In this document: positions 24,847 to 38,906 of the stretch, one piece after another
How the letters are laid out: every line of letters starts with the position of its first letter
Numbering within the stretch: position 1 is the first letter of the stretch
DNA from: Dictyostelium discoideum
Taxonomy: Eukaryota
Direction: 5' to 3'
DNA length: 64,000 nucleotides
NCBI GenBank assembly: GCA_000004695.1
Contig: CM000151.3
Location: 3,712,001-3,776,000 of the forward strand
Program-made: the position numbers and the translations under genes
Notes under the pieces: generated by a model
What the model was told of the DNA's origin: nothing
Databases searched by the model: none
The model's input: the letters and a program-made list of their open reading frames with translations, nothing else

Positions 24847-25053
24847 AAAGATGATGATTTATTTAAAAGATTTGTAACAAGAGATGAAATTGAAAAACAA
24901 AATGCATTTTTATTAAAGCAAGGTGATTATTTTACAAAATCGGTGGAATTGGAAGAAGAAAATATTTTCCTAAAAGAAAAAATTGAAAAATTAGAAAAAG
25001 AAATTCAAATTCAAAATGAAATCATCTTAAAATTAAGAAATGAAAAAAAATAA
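24847..25053 (+). CDS. Small coiled-coil protein, exon 2 (KDDDLFKRFVTRDEIEKQNAFLLKQGDYF...LEKEIQIQNEIILKLRNEKK*)
   Basis: Acceptor aattaatag| at 24846; phase 0; leucine-zipper-like heptads; stop at 25051-25053. Confidence 0.5.
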   Translation, partial: KDDDLFKRFVTRDEIEKQNAFLLKQGDYFTKSVELEEENIFLKEKIEKLEKEIQIQNEIILKLRNEKK

Positions 25054-25257
25054 CTACATGTAAAAAAAAAAAAAAAACAATAAAATAAAATTATAATAAA
25101 ATAATGTGTAAATATGAAATTTAATCAAAAATAAAAAAAATAAAAATAAAAATAAAAATAAAAATAAAAATAATTTTCAAAAAAACGACTGTTTTTTTTT
25201 TTTTTTTCATTTTTTTTTCATTCCTTTAATTTAAGACTGTGTGTTTAAATAAAAAAA

Positions 25258-26394
25258 ATGGAGACACCTACAACATCAACCAATACAGAAAATAATAATA
25301 ATAAAAATAATGACAATATAGATATAAATAGAGATACAAATAAAGATATAGATGAAAATAAAAACACCACCACTACCACTACCACCACAACAGATTCAGA
25401 AACAACAACAACAGTAACATTAGAAAATAAAGAAGAGGAAGTATTATCAAAGAATCAAAAAAAAAGATTACTTAAAACAGCAAAATGGGAACAATATAAA
25501 GATCAAAAGAAACAATATATGAGAGAGAAAAAGAAAGAAAATTTAAAAAAGAGAAAAGAGACAATGACATCTGAAGAGAAGTTAGAGAGAAGTAGAGTGA
25601 AACAATTGAAAAAGAGAGGACCCGATGTTGGCACATTAGAGGGCCACATTTTATTTGATTTCGAAATGGAGCAACATATGTCAGAAAAGGAAAAGAAATC
25701 ATTAATCACTCAAATGACATTTTTACATGGTTTCAATAAAATCTCAAGTAAACCAATGAACTTATACGCAACTGGTGTTACCGATGAGATTAAATCAATG
25801 TTAGAGAAATCATCACCATTTAAAATGTTGACACAATATAAAGAGACTTATTTGGAGAAATTCGAAAAGGCGGATTTGGTGTACCTGACTTCCGATTCAC
25901 CAAATGTAATCCAAGAATTAGACCTATCAAAGAAATACATCGTTGGTGCAATCGTTGATCATAATAGATTAAAAGGTATCACCTATGAGAAAGCTCAAAA
26001 ACAAGGTATTGCTCATGCTCAATTACCAATTGGTGAATATATTCAAATGGCAAGCAGAAAAGTTTTAGCTGTAAATCATGTCTTTCAAATTATAAATGAA
26101 TTTTTAGTAGTTGGTAATTGGAAAGATGCTTTTGAAAAAGTTATTCCAAAAAGAAAATTTCAAGAATTGGGTAGAAAAAAAAGATTAAAATTAAAAAAAC
26201 AATTACAACAAAAAGAGAATGGTAAATTAAAAGATAATGAAGAAGAAGAAGAGGATGATGATGATGATGATGATTATGATGATGATGATGATGATGATGA
26301 AGAAGGAGATGACCAAATAAATGAAAAAGATCAAAAAAATTGTAAAGAAAATAGTGATGAAAAAATTACTAAAAAAGATAACGAAACAAATTAA
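25258..26394 (+). CDS. tRNA (guanine9-N1)-methyltransferase, TRM10/TRMT10 family (SPOUT fold)
   Basis: VYLTSDSPNVIQELDLSKKYIVGAIVDHNRLKGITYEKAQKQGIAHAQLPIGEYI matches the conserved TRM10 core (YLTADS...LD....YIIGGLVDHN..KG......A...GI..A.LPI). Acidic C-terminal tail. Confidence 0.85.
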   Translation: METPTTSTNTENNNNKNNDNIDINRDTNKDIDENKNTTTTTTTTTDSETTTTVTLENKEEEVLSKNQKKRLLKTAKWEQYKDQKKQYMREKKKENLKKRKETMTSEEKLERSRVKQLKKRGPDVGTLEGHILFDFEMEQHMSEKEKKSLITQMTFLHGFNKISSKPMNLYATGVTDEIKSMLEKSSPFKMLTQYKETYLEKFEKADLVYLTSDSPNVIQELDLSKKYIVGAIVDHNRLKGITYEKAQKQGIAHAQLPIGEYIQMASRKVLAVNHVFQIINEFLVVGNWKDAFEKVIPKRKFQELGRKKRLKLKKQLQQKENGKLKDNEEEEEDDDDDDDYDDDDDDDEEGDDQINEKDQKNCKENSDEKITKKDNETN

Positions 26395-26688
26395 TATTTA
26401 ATTTAATGGAAAATAAAGAAAGAAATAATAAACAATTATCTGAAACCTTTTTTTTTTTTTTTTTTCATTTAAATTTTACTTATTTATTCTAAAAATAAAA
26501 TTTTCGGAAATTTTTTTTTTTTTTAAATAAGCACACACCAAAAAAAAAAAAAAAAAAAAAAAAAAAATAAATGAAATTGTTTTTTATAATTTTTTTTAAA
26601 ATTTTTTTTTTTTTTCTTTCTTTTTTTCACCATTTAATACACCAATCGCTTTGTGTGTTTATATTTAAAAAAAAACTATATAGAAAAA

Positions 26689-26737
26689 ATGGATTATACT
26701 GATAATAATAATAGTAATAGTAATAATAATAGTAATA

Positions 26738-26818
<81 letters not shown>

Positions 26819-27553
26819 GTAATTCAGTAACAGAAGTTTTATTAAAATATCATGAATCGTTGATGACCTATCCTGAATCATATATATTTCTATATGATAC
26901 TATTAGAGTACCAATATATTTTTTAAATCAACCAAATTGTCCATTTAAATTTTCAAACACCAGAGATTACCTTTGTTTATTCAATCAAGAGAATGACTCT
27001 ATCAATGAAGATATAGGTGTTACACCACCAACTTTAATAACAACAATATTGGAAGAAACTGAAACTATTAAAGTTAAAATTGAGAATGATTTATTTACAT
27101 TATTAAATGAAATTAAAAATCAAATAAACAACAATAATAATAATAATAATAATAAAAATGATGAAGATGATAATGATAATGATGATAATAATAATAAAAT
27201 GACATTATTAGAATATATAAATAGAGTTAGAATGATATTTCAAATTTGGAATATTAGAAAGATATTGGATGATGGTATAACAGTTGATGAACAGTCTATT
27301 ATTGTTTCAGATAAATCTATAGTACAAAGAATTAGTAGTTTAATGATTGATAAAGTTAATAATGATGTTGATACTTTAAAAAAAGCATTATCAAGTCATA
27401 AAAAAAGAAAACAAAATTATTCTAATCAAATTTTTAAAACAAAATCATCATTACCATTACCAAGACAACAACAACAATTATTATTATTACCACCATCACA
27501 TGACAATCATGAAGAGGAGATCGAGGAGGTCGAGCAGGAAGAATATGATATTC

Positions 27554-27645
<92 letters not shown>

Positions 27646-28455
27646 CCACAACCACAACAAAAAAGAACAAAAAAAATGAAAACAACAAATACTGAAACAC
27701 CACCACAAACACAGCAACAACCACAACCACAACAACCACCGCCACCACAAACACAGCAACAGCAACAACAACCACAACCACAATCACAAACACAAATACA
27801 AATACAATTACAACAACCAGAATCATCAGAATCATCAGAATCATCAGCAGCATCAAAACAATTATCAATAGTAAAAGTAAAGAAAACTAGAGAAGAGAAA
27901 CCAAGTAAAAAAACTAAAAAAGTATTAAATAAAGAGAAAAGATTAAAATTTGAAAAACAAAAATTTGAAGGTGTACCAGATAATGAAAAGGGTAAATATA
28001 GTTTTGAATATATTTTAGATCAAATACCATCACCAGGTGAAGGTACAACTGATGATGAAATTAGATTAATTCAAGATCCTTACTTTTTACATGAGTCAAA
28101 GAAATTATTTAAATTTCAAAAATTATCAGTTAGAAAAATGTTAGAACGTGAAACTTGTCCAAAACAATTTCCAAATCCACTTTGGACAGTTATCAATAAT
28201 AATAATGATAATGATGATAATAATATTGAAAAAGAAATTGAAATTGAAAATGTAATTGATAAGAAAAGAATGAAAATTAAAAGTATGGAAGAATTTCCAA
28301 AATGTGACGATGTTAGAGGTGGAATTTTATGTCAAGGTATGGGTACAGGTAAAACTATAATTTGTATAGCATTGATATTGAGTACATTAGGATCACAATC
28401 TAAATCACCAGTTAGTAATCCAATTTATCCACCATTGAATCCAATAGTTACAACA

Positions 28456-28488
<33 letters not shown>

Positions 28489-29870
28489 ATGACAATAACA
28501 AAGACAACAAAAATACCATCACTATACTCAATTTTAAAGAGAAAATTAAAAATTAGTGGATACCCATTTGGATCAGATTATAGAATACCACAATCTATTA
28601 GAGATGATATTGATCAATTGGCAAATACAAGATTTCAATTGATTAGACAATCATCAGCAGAGAGAAGAATTACAACAAAGTCAAGTTCAATCATTAAATT
28701 TAGAAATTTAATTTGTTCATCTGGTACATTATTAATTGTACCAAATCAAATCATAAAGCAATGGCAATTTGAAATTATGTTACATAGTAAAATCAAATAT
28801 TTAGTTATTGAAAATACTGATAAATTAATACCACCACCATCAGAATTAATCAAATATGATGTTGTATTAATTACAAATTGGAGATTAAGTAATTTAAAAC
28901 AATTTAATCCAACAACTTTATTCAATGATAATGATGATGAATATTCTTCAATTGATAATGACCAATATGTTGGTGCTGGTGCTGGTGCAAGTAATAGTGG
29001 TAGTGGTAGTGGTAATAATAGTGGTGAAGATAGTGAATTTATTGATATTTCAATTAAATCAATATTTCAAATTAATTGGTTAAGAATTATAATTGATGAA
29101 GGTCATGTAATTGGTAATGGTAATACTAATTTATCAGATAATAGTTCATGGTTAATGTCAGAGAGGAAATGGGTTTGTAGTGGTACACCAATTTCAAGTT
29201 CAGTATTACAAACTGAATTAATTAATTTTAAATCAATTTGTAGTTTTCTTTCAATTCAACCATTTAATCAATCTGTTGGTTATTTTAATGCATTGATTTC
29301 AAATCCAGTTAATAATTTCAAAATTCAAGGTATTGAAAGAATTTGTGAGATTATGAATCGAATAGCAGTGAAAACTCCTCATAATGAAATTCAAGAACAA
29401 ATTGATTTACCTCCATTGTCTGTTAAAGTGGTTCAATTGGAGATGAATGATAATGAGAAATTGAAATACAATGAATTGGTAACACTAATTCAAGTGAATC
29501 TTTTAGCATCACAATACACTGGCAAGGATTCATTCACTCATGCCGATAATCAGCCATTGGCATTACAAGCATTTACAAATTTAAGAAAAGCTTGTTTCAA
29601 TTGTCAACCTTTAAAAGAAAAAGAAAGAAAAGATGTTCGTGAAAATATTGAAACTGCTTTATTAAAATCTGATCAAATTATACCAAGATCTGATAAATTA
29701 AAATTATTACAAATTTATAAATATTATGAATTGGTTAGTTTAAAATTATCAATTTCACAACAAACTAATAATAATAATAATAATCAAAATAATAATAATC
29801 AAAATAATTTTAAATTTGAAACTTTTGATTTTTCAAATTTTTATTTTTATAAACCTGATCCAATCATAAC

Positions 29871-29948
<78 letters not shown>

Positions 29949-31245
29949 TGATGATGATGATTCAAATACAACTTTAACCACTGAAATTACACCTTTTATA
30001 CAACAAAATTCAACAACATTATCTATTTCAAATTCAGATACAACTTTACCAAAATTAAGAACTTTAGTATCTTCAACAACAACAACCACTTCTACTAGTT
30101 GCAGTAATACACAATCATCATCATCATCATCATTATCATCATCACCAACAACATCACCAATTTTAAAATCAAAACCAAGAGTACAATTTAAACTAACAGA
30201 GGAAGAAGAAGAAAAAGAAAGAAAAAGATTAGAAGAAGAACAAGTTGAAAAAGAAGAAAGGTTAGCTAAAGAAAGAGAAAGAAAAGAACAACAAGAACAA
30301 CAATTACAAGATGGACAACAAGATCAAGATCAAATGAATACTGAAGATATTAATCAAAATAATCAAAATAATCAAAATAATCAAAATAATTTACAAGTTG
30401 AAATTTATAAAGAACCAAAATTAATTGATTGTGCAAAATTAGAATATTTAATAATGAGATTAAAAGAAATTGTTGAAATCGGTGAAAAGTGTATAGTTTT
30501 TAGTGCATTCAATGATACTTTAAAGGACATAGTTTGGACAGTTAGTAGGATACCAGAGTTATCAAGAGTTTATAAAATTTATATGACAGAGTTAACTTTG
30601 AAACAGAGAGCTAATATCGTATCGGATTTTCAAACTAAAGATTCAGAATTTAATATTATCATTATGAATTCAGATTTGGCTGCATATGGTTTAAATATTA
30701 CCGCTGCAAATCATATCATCTTTGTTGATCCAATTTGGTTCGCTTCAAAGGAACAACAATCAATTAAACGTTCTCATCGTATTGGTCAAACTAAACCTGT
30801 ATTCGTTGAAAAGTTAATCATTGAAAACTCTTGTGAACAACAATTAATTAATATTAATAATGAATTATCAATATTGAAAAATAATAATAACAATAATACA
30901 AAGCAACAAGAAAATGATTCAGCTCAAAAATTATTATTACCCTCAACAACAACAACTACAACTACAACAACAACAACTACAAATTCTGAAAATACTGGAA
31001 CTTCAATTCATCCATCAAAATTACAATTATTAGATTTAAATAATAATAATAATAATAATAATAATCGTGTAAAGGATGAATTTTTATTTGCAAAAGAAAG
31101 AAAAGAAGAAAATGAAAGAAAGATAACATCACTTTTAACAAATTTAAATGTAATTCCATCAAATGATTTCTCAACTGTGACTGAAGATGAATTCGATCAA
31201 TTTATGGAGATGTTAGAAAGAAAATATCAAAATGATAATAATTAA
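26689..31245 (+). CDS. SNF2-family DNA-dependent ATPase/helicase (about 1518 aa) with poly-N, poly-Q and poly-D inserts
   Basis: Motif I GGILCQGMGTGKT; motif II IIDEGH; helicase-C block with QSIKRSHRIGQTKPVFVEKLI (the SNF2 RIGQ signature). The first ATG is at 26689; the supplied ORF begins earlier at a non-ATG codon. Confidence 0.85.
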
Positions 31246-31593
31246 CCCAATAATTGTTTTTTTTTTTTTTTATCCCAAAATCACTGATCTTAGATCATCC
31301 TTTTTTTTTTTTTTTTTTATTCATAATCACTGATCTTAGATCAATCTTTTTTATTTTTGTTATTTTCTTTTTTTTTTTTTTTTTTTTGTAACGGGTTACA
31401 AAAACTTAAAAAATTAATAAAAATAGACGTGTCCAAAATCACATACATTATTTTAATTAATTTTTTTTTTTGATATAATTTTTTTTTTTTCCTATTTAAA
31501 AATTTTTTTTTCATTTTTTTAATTTCATTTTTTCCCAAAACACTTTTTTTTTTTTTTTCAAATATTCATTTTTTAAAAATTAGTAATACATAC

Positions 31594-31840
<247 letters not shown>

Positions 31841-31852
31841 GTACTTATTAAA

Positions 31853-31917
<65 letters not shown>

Positions 31918-31971
31918 ATTATTATTGGTATTTATTTATTAACTAATCTAAATTTCTATAAAAATAAATAG

Positions 31972-32282
31972 ACAACTTGCATTTATTTAGGTCATGAATT
32001 TGTTTCAACAAAAAAAAAGAGTAAAAAAGAAGCAGAAGCAGATTGTTCACAACTTGTATTAGATTTTTTAGAAAAAAGACAAACTCAGCAACAACCTCAA
32101 CAACAACAATTTCAAAATCAAACTCTACCAATTCCAAAACTTTATCAACTTTTAAATCAACAGCCTCAAATTCAAACTCAAACTCAACCTCAACGACCAA
32201 TATCTCCAACAATTAGATTACCTATTTCACCAACATTATCACCAAGTAGTGAAACACAATTTGAAATGAATAACCCTTTTCT

Positions 32283-32333
<51 letters not shown>

Positions 32334-32485
32334 CCTACAACAACAAAATCAACAACAACTAATACAACAAATATTACAACTACAACAACAGACAGAACAA
32401 CAAAGAATACAAAAACTAAAACATGCATTCTCACAACCACAATCACCACTACAACTACACTCACTACTACCACAACCACAACCGC

Positions 32486-32580
<95 letters not shown>

Positions 32581-32627
32581 CTACAACAACAACTACAACA
32601 ACTACAACAACTACAACAACTACTACT

Positions 32628-32711
<84 letters not shown>

Positions 32712-34233
32712 GATAGAACAACAGATAGAACAACCACAACTACAACCACTACAACAACCACAACTACAACCACTACAACAACCACAACTACAACAACTGC
32801 AACAACCACAACTACAACAACTACAACTACAACTACAACAACAACAACAACAATTAGATCAATTTTTGAAACAGCAACTTATTTTAGAACAAAAGCTAGA
32901 TAAAATTTCAAAACAATTGGATAGGTTAGATAATACTACTTTTTCATCTATTTTTGAATCAATGAATTCGCTTCATGATAATCTTAAAATTTTAATTAAC
33001 AATAAAAAAAATAATAAAAATAATAATAACAACAACAATAGTGGTAGCATTGATATAAATAACAATAATAATAATAATAATAATAACAGTGATTCCAATA
33101 GTATTAATAGCAAAATAGATTTTGATAATAATAAAATAAATAGAAATGCTTTAGAAGGTGATAATAATAATAATAATAATATTATTATCGGAATGTCAGG
33201 TCTCTCATTAACAAAGTCTGTAAATCTATTGGATGAACTTGCAAATGCAAAAAAAAATAAAAATAAAAATAATATTATCACAGAGGATTATAGTCTTGAT
33301 GATAAAAAAAACAATAATGAAAGTACAAGTACAACTACAACTACAATAGCACTATCATCACCAAGTGATCAAGAATATAAAAATAATAAAGAAAAAAAAG
33401 TTGAAACAATAACAACAGCAACAACTACAGCGACAACAACAAAAACAGCAATTACATCAAGTATAGTAAAAGTTAAACCACCAAAGAAAATTAGAGAAAA
33501 AGGATTTAAAAGGATAAGAGACAAATTATTTAATTCAAATAATATAACAGAAATCACAGAATTATATGTTTATAAAATTATAATTTCAAATCCACCAAAT
33601 ATAATTAAATTTGAACATCAAGAAAAAGAATATGAATTCTCTAGTGAATTTTTATTATTCTCTATTAATAAATTACCAACTTTACCAGTGATTCATGTTT
33701 CAAATCTTGCAAATGATCATTTTGGTGTTGCAATTACAAATTTATTTGATGATCAACAACAACCAACTAAAATCCAATTAAAGAAAATTGAATTTGAAAA
33801 ATTAATAACAATTCATAATTCATTCTTTTCAAAATTATTATGTCAAAAATATTTAAAAGTTAAAGATATAACAAATGAAAATAATTTTAATAATAGTCAT
33901 TTAGTGATACCAAATATCAATGAAAACTATACAGATTTTAATAGATTATTTGATGATTTATTAAATTTATTCGATTTTGAATCAATTGAAGAACAAGATT
34001 TAACAATGGAAAGAATTAATCAACTTTGTAATGATAGAATCGTACTAAGTGATTATGGTGAATATTTCAATTGTCAATCAATTAGTGAAAATAGTGAAAA
34101 GAAATTACTTTTAGATTGTTTTCATTCAAGAGGTAAAAATGATAAAGAATATTGGATATCTAAATATATTGTATTCTTTGATAGTAATGGTAAATTTGAA
34201 AAACCAAATGATTGGAAATTAAAAAAACAAATC

Positions 34234-34267
<34 letters not shown>

Positions 34268-35469
34268 GTTTAGAAGAAACAATAATAATAAATAATGAAC
34301 CACCATTAGATTTAAAAGATTATCAAAGAAATTCAAAAATTTTAAGAAAGAATCCACTAGAAGTTGTAGTCGTTGGATTCCCATGTTTTGTTGGATTATT
34401 AGGTAAATTTGGTGTTTTACCATTAATTTGTGAATTGAAATGGAATTTAAAAGTATTGAAATTTATAAATGAATCAAACTATATTAAAGATATAGTTTGT
34501 AAATTTAAAAACAATACAAACAATCAAGTATTGAGAGAAGTTTTAACTCATCCATCAACAAAAGTAATTAGTGAACGTAAACCAATTGAAAAAGATCAAT
34601 TTCAATCCTATAGACCATTTATGAAGGATTATCAACGTTTAGAGTTTTTAGGTGACTCAGTTTTAAAAATCACTTCATCTCTATATTTATTTAAAAAATT
34701 CGATAATGAAGGTGAAGGTTTATTATCAAAGAAAAGAGAATTCTACACAAAGAATGAATATTTAACTGAATTATCAAGAAGAATCGGTTTCGATTATATC
34801 TTACGTATTACAACCATTGGTGATCATTCAAAACCTCATGCTGATTTAATTGAAGCTTTCATTGGTGCAATTTATATTGAATGTGGTTTTAAAGATTCAT
34901 TTGATTGGATTATTAAATGGATTTTTGATAATAGTTATTATGGTAGTGATAATAAAATTTATGGTGGTGGTGGTGGTGGTAGTGAAATCAATAATAATGA
35001 TGAATTACCAATTATTGAAGATAATTTAATTAATTATAAATATTATGATCAAATTAATCAATATTTAAATTCAACAGATTTTAATGATCAAACAAATGAA
35101 TTAGTTTCAAATGATCATTTCTATTCAAATCAAAATAATAATAATAATACAAATTTCTCTGAAAGATTAGAATTTTTAGGTGATGCAGTTTTAGATTTCA
35201 TTGTTGCAGATTATCTCTTTTCAAAATATAAAGAACAACAAGAAGGTTACTTGACAGAATCAAAATCTAAATTAGTGAATAATGAAAATTTATCAAAAAT
35301 TTTAAAATCAAATAAAAATATATTCTCTCCAAGTCAACAAGATTCATTTAAACATTTCTCTGTAAAAAGAATGGGTGATCATATTGAATCATATATTGGT
35401 GGTTTTTATCTAAAATTTGGTTTTGAAAAAACTAAAAATAGAGTTTATAAACTTTTTGATTTAAAATAA
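31972..35469 (+). CDS. Dicer-like RNase III gene, exon 2 (rest of dsRBD: TTCIYLGHEFVSTKKSKKEAEADCSQLVLDFL; giant poly-Q; two C-terminal RNase III domains)
   Basis: Acceptor aaatag| at 31971 in frame with ORF 32266..35469. RNase III signatures ERLEFLGDSVL...HADLIEAFIGAIY and ERLEFLGDAVLDF...IESYIGGFY. A dsRBD plus two RIII domains without helicase or PAZ is the Dictyostelium DrnA/DrnB architecture. Confidence 0.85.
32271..32850 (+). repeat. Coding (CAA)n/(CAG) poly-glutamine tracts inside the Dicer-like gene
   Basis: Long perfect CAA runs (32281-32330, 32483-32580, 32632-32710) translated as Q in the gene frame. Antisense ORFs in the track reading poly-V or poly-L are artefacts of this. Confidence 0.9.
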
Positions 35470-35734
35470 ATAAAAATAAATAAATAAATAAATAAATAAT
35501 AAATAAATAAATAAAAAAAAAAAAAAAAAATAAAAAAAAAAAATTAAGATATTTTATTCATATCCGATATTTTTGAAAAAAAAAAAAAAAAGTTTTGAAA
35601 AAAACGATTATTTCGTTTTTTTCAATTTTTTTCTCATTTTTCCCATTTTTTTTTTTTTTTTTTTTTTTTTTTATGGGTTGTGAAATTAATAACACTCTTT
35701 TAATCAATCTAAAAATATATATAAATAAATAACC

Positions 35735-35876
35735 ATGGTTGTTGTTACTGAAGAAATTGTAAATGGATTAAAAGAAACATTAACAGATGTTTCACAACCA
35801 ATTGCTAAAAGATTTAGATCATTATTTACATTAAGAAATTTAAATGGACCATTATGTATTGATGCTATGGCTAGTG
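35735..35876 (+). CDS. dohh: Deoxyhypusine hydroxylase (DOHH), exon 1
   Basis: ATG at 35735; donor agt g|gtaagg at 35877 (phase 1). Confidence 0.75.
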
Positions 35877-35957
35877 GTAAGGTTTTATTAAATATAAATA
35901 AATGAATAAATAATATTAATATTAATATTAATTTAATTAATTAATTATAATTTTTAG

Positions 35958-36763
35958 CATTAAATGATAAATCAGCATTATTAAGACATGAAATTGCATA
36001 TTGTTTAGGACAAATGGAAGATGAATATGCATTAAAAGTTTTAATTGATTTAGTAAAGAATAGTGATGAACATCCAATGGTACGTCATGAAGCAGCAGAG
36101 GCATTAGGAGCAATTGGTAGTGAAAGTGCTCATAAAACATTGAAAGAGTATTCAAATGATCCAGTTAGAGAGGTTAGTGAAACTTGTCAATTGGCATTAT
36201 CAAGAGTTGAATGGTATGAAAAGAATAAACCAGAAACAGAAGAGGATAAAATGTATATGTCAGTAGACCCAGCTCCACCACTTAAAAAAGGATCTGTTAG
36301 CAGAGACGAATTAAGATCAAAATTTTTAGATTCAAATTTAGATATTTTCAATCGTTATAGAGCATTATTTTCATTACGTGATATTGGTGATGAACAATCT
36401 GTTCTCGCCTTATGCGATGGTTTAAAAGATCAATCTTCAGCTTTACTCAGACATGAGGTTGCCTTTGTTTTAGGTCAATTACAACATCGTGTAGCTATTG
36501 ATCCATTAACAACTTGTGTTTTAGATGAATCTGAAAATGCAATGGTACGTCATGAAGCTGCTGAAGCTTTGGGCGCAATCGCTTCAACTGAAACTATCCC
36601 ATTATTAGAGAAATTATTACAAGATAAAGAACCAATCGTTAGTGAATCTTGTGCTGTAGCTTTAGATGTAACTGAATATTTTAATAATACTGAATCTTTT
36701 CAATATGCTGATGGTATTAAAATTTTATTAGAAAAGAATTTGGTTGACCAACAACAAAAATAA
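35958..36763 (+). CDS. dohh: Deoxyhypusine hydroxylase (DOHH), exon 2; HEAT repeats with four His-Glu metal-binding motifs
   Basis: Acceptor tttttag| at 35957. LLRHEIAYCLGQ, MVRHEAAEALGAIG, LLRHEVAFVLGQ and MVRHEAAEALGAIA are the four conserved HE motifs of DOHH. Confidence 0.85.
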
Positions 36764-36893
36764 ATTTTTTAAAATAAAATATAAAATATAAAATATAAAA
36801 TATAAAATATATAAAAAAAAAAAAAAATTTAAAATATAATATATATAAATTTATTTATTTATTTATTTAAAAAATAATAATAATTTAAAATTA

Positions 36894-36925
<32 letters not shown>

Positions 36926-36940
36926 GGTGATGAAAACAGT

Positions 36941-37210
36941 TTAAAATTTAGTTTCTGGTCTTTCTTTAATATATTTTGCTACACCTTCATTTGATTCAAA
37001 AAATTTCTTTAATTCAGCGATTTTTGGATACTTTTCATCTGATAATTCACTGGATAAGGCTGCTTCCCCTCTGAATCTAATGTAATCAAAACCAACATAA
37101 ACATATAAATCAGCTAATGTAACTGATGATCCAACTAAGAATCCAGTTTCTTGTAATTTCTTTTCAAATGAACCAAAGTATTTTTCATAAAGTTTTTGGA
37201 GTTTTTCTGG
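36941..37210 (-). CDS. Glutathione S-transferase gene, exon 3 (C-terminal alpha-helical domain ...LADLYVYVGFDYIRFRGE...KYIKERPETKF*)
   Basis: Acceptor ttttag| (minus) with phase 0. The intron 37211..37291 contains poly-A/T. Stop at 36941-36943. Confidence 0.75.
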   Translation of the reverse strand, partial: PEKLQKLYEKYFGSFEKKLQETGFLVGSSVTLADLYVYVGFDYIRFRGEAALSSELSDEKYPKIAELKKFFESNEGVAKYIKERPETKF

Positions 37211-37291
37211 CTAAAAAATTTTGAATAGTTTTATTTGTTAGTATTAATATTTATTTTTTTTAATAAAAAAAAAAAAAAAAAAAAAACTTAC

Positions 37292-37577
37292 AACTGGATT
37301 ATTAAAAGCTGGGAAAATATCAGCGTGAATTGCAGTAACAATTTGATCAACTAAAAATTCTTCTTCAAGATTTTTACCCATAAAGTTGTGTTTTTTGGCA
37401 ATGTATCTTGCAATGGTAGATGATTGTGTAAGAACAAAATCACCATCACGATAAATTGGTAATTGACCATATGGAAGAGTTGCACGAAGGGCATCTGAAA
37501 TTTCAGTAACTGTAATATTTTCATATGGAATTCCAAGATAACTTAATAAAACACGAGAGAATTGACCTAATCCACGA
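37292..37577 (-). CDS. Glutathione S-transferase gene, exon 2 (GRGLGQFSRVLLSYLGIPYENITVTEISDALRATLPYGQLPIYRDGDFVLTQSSTIARYIAKKHNFMGK...)
   Basis: Acceptor tatag| (minus). The N-terminal GST thioredoxin-like domain signature (YF.GRG....R.LL...G..YE; Q.P......F.L.QS.AI.RY.A) is present. Donor gtt|gtaagt. Confidence 0.75.
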
Positions 37578-37683
37578 CTATAATTTTTTAAAATAATAAT
37601 AATTAATAATTTATTTTATTTTTATTTTTATTTTTATTTTTATTTTTATTTTTACTCTATTTTTATATAATTTTAAAATTTAC

Positions 37684-37724
37684 CCTTGGAAATAAGTTAA
37701 ACTTGGGACTGATGATGTTGACAT
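37684..37724 (-). CDS. Glutathione S-transferase gene, exon 1 (MSTSSVPSLTYFQG, phase 2)
   Basis: ATG at 37724 (minus); donor gg|gtaaat. Not in the supplied ORF track because the correct frame is split by introns. Confidence 0.65.
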
Positions 37725-38108
37725 TTCAAATATTTAGTTTAGTTTTTTGTTTGTTTGTTTTGTTTAATTAATAATTTTTTGTTTTAATGAAAATAAAAAA
37801 AAAAAAATTTTCTATTTATAATTTTTTAAAAATAAACACCAGTTTTAATAAATAAAATTTGTGCAACCTTACAAAAAGCTTCTGACACATAATATAATCG
37901 ATACAATCACCACATTAAATTTTAAAAAATAGATATTTTTGAAATTTCTATTTTTGAAAATTTAGTGGTGACAATTTAACTATTCACAAAAAAAAAGAAC
38001 ACCCTTCGAATAAAAATTAATAAAAGATATTTTTTTAAAAATTTTCTCGAACAATATATATATATTATGGGATAACATTCTTACATTTTGATTTTTTAAT
38101 TTTGTTTT

Positions 38109-38140
<32 letters not shown>

Positions 38141-38263
38141 CACCCTTTAATAAAAAAAAAAAATTAATATCTTTTTTTTTTCAAGAGAAAATTACTGGTA
38201 ATAATTAAAATGGATATATGATATTATTTATCTTATTATATTATTGTTTTTAATTTTAAACAA

Positions 38264-38306
<43 letters not shown>

Positions 38307-38392
38307 CATTTTTTTTTTTTTTTTTTTTTTCATTTTAATTTTAATTTTATTGAATTCAATCAAAAAAAAAAAAAAATCAAAGAAAAAGTCAA

Positions 38393-38535
38393 ATGGAGGA
38401 TATTGAAATAAATTTATCTAAAGACAAAAAAAAAGAGTTTACTCAACTTTTAGAAAGTACAACACCAACTGATAAACTTGCTTTATTTTTTAATTTACAA
38501 GAACAAAGAGTACTTATTTCAAATCAATTTACAAG
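38393..38535 (+). CDS. Hypothetical small protein, exon 1 (MEDIEINLSKDKKKEFTQLLESTTPTDKLALFFNLQEQRVLISNQFT)
   Basis: ATG at 38393; donor ag|gtattt at 38536 (phase 2); found by manual reading and absent from the supplied ORF track. Confidence 0.5.
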
Positions 38536-38617
38536 GTATTTTTTTTTTTTTTTTTTTTCAAAATTTTAATATGCACTAATTTTTTTTTTTTAAAAAACAA
38601 TTTCATTTTACAATTAG

Positions 38618-38807
38618 TAATTTTAAAAAATTTTTAAAAGATCAAAATATTGAAGAATACAATAAAGGTTGTCAATCAATTACAACTCAATTATCAAGTA
38701 TAGGTGAAGAGATTATTCAAATACAAGAATCATTATCAACAACAAATCCTGAATGGTCAAAGATTATATCTGAAGTTAGAGAGAATGAAAAAACAAAGTT
38801 TATATTA
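38618..38807 (+). CDS. Hypothetical small protein, exon 2
   Basis: Acceptor caattag| at 38617; donor tta|gtaggt at 38808 (phase 0). Confidence 0.5.
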
Positions 38808-38906
38808 GTAGGTATAAAAATAATAGTTAAAGTTTATTTTTGTTTTTTTTAATTTTATTTTTATTATTTCTAAACATTTTTTTTATGATTTGTTATTTTT
38901 ATTTAG

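Noticed and set aside
32222-32809. Minus-strand ORF encoding poly-Val (195 aa), with similar poly-V/L/I ORFs at 27434-27868, 19411-19632, 51305-51505, 15664-15904 and 32423-32716
   Set aside because: These are antisense or alternative-frame read-throughs of coding (CAA)n/(AAT)n microsatellites belonging to the Dicer-like, SNF2, PIPK and ABHD genes. They have no start context and are pure homopolymer.
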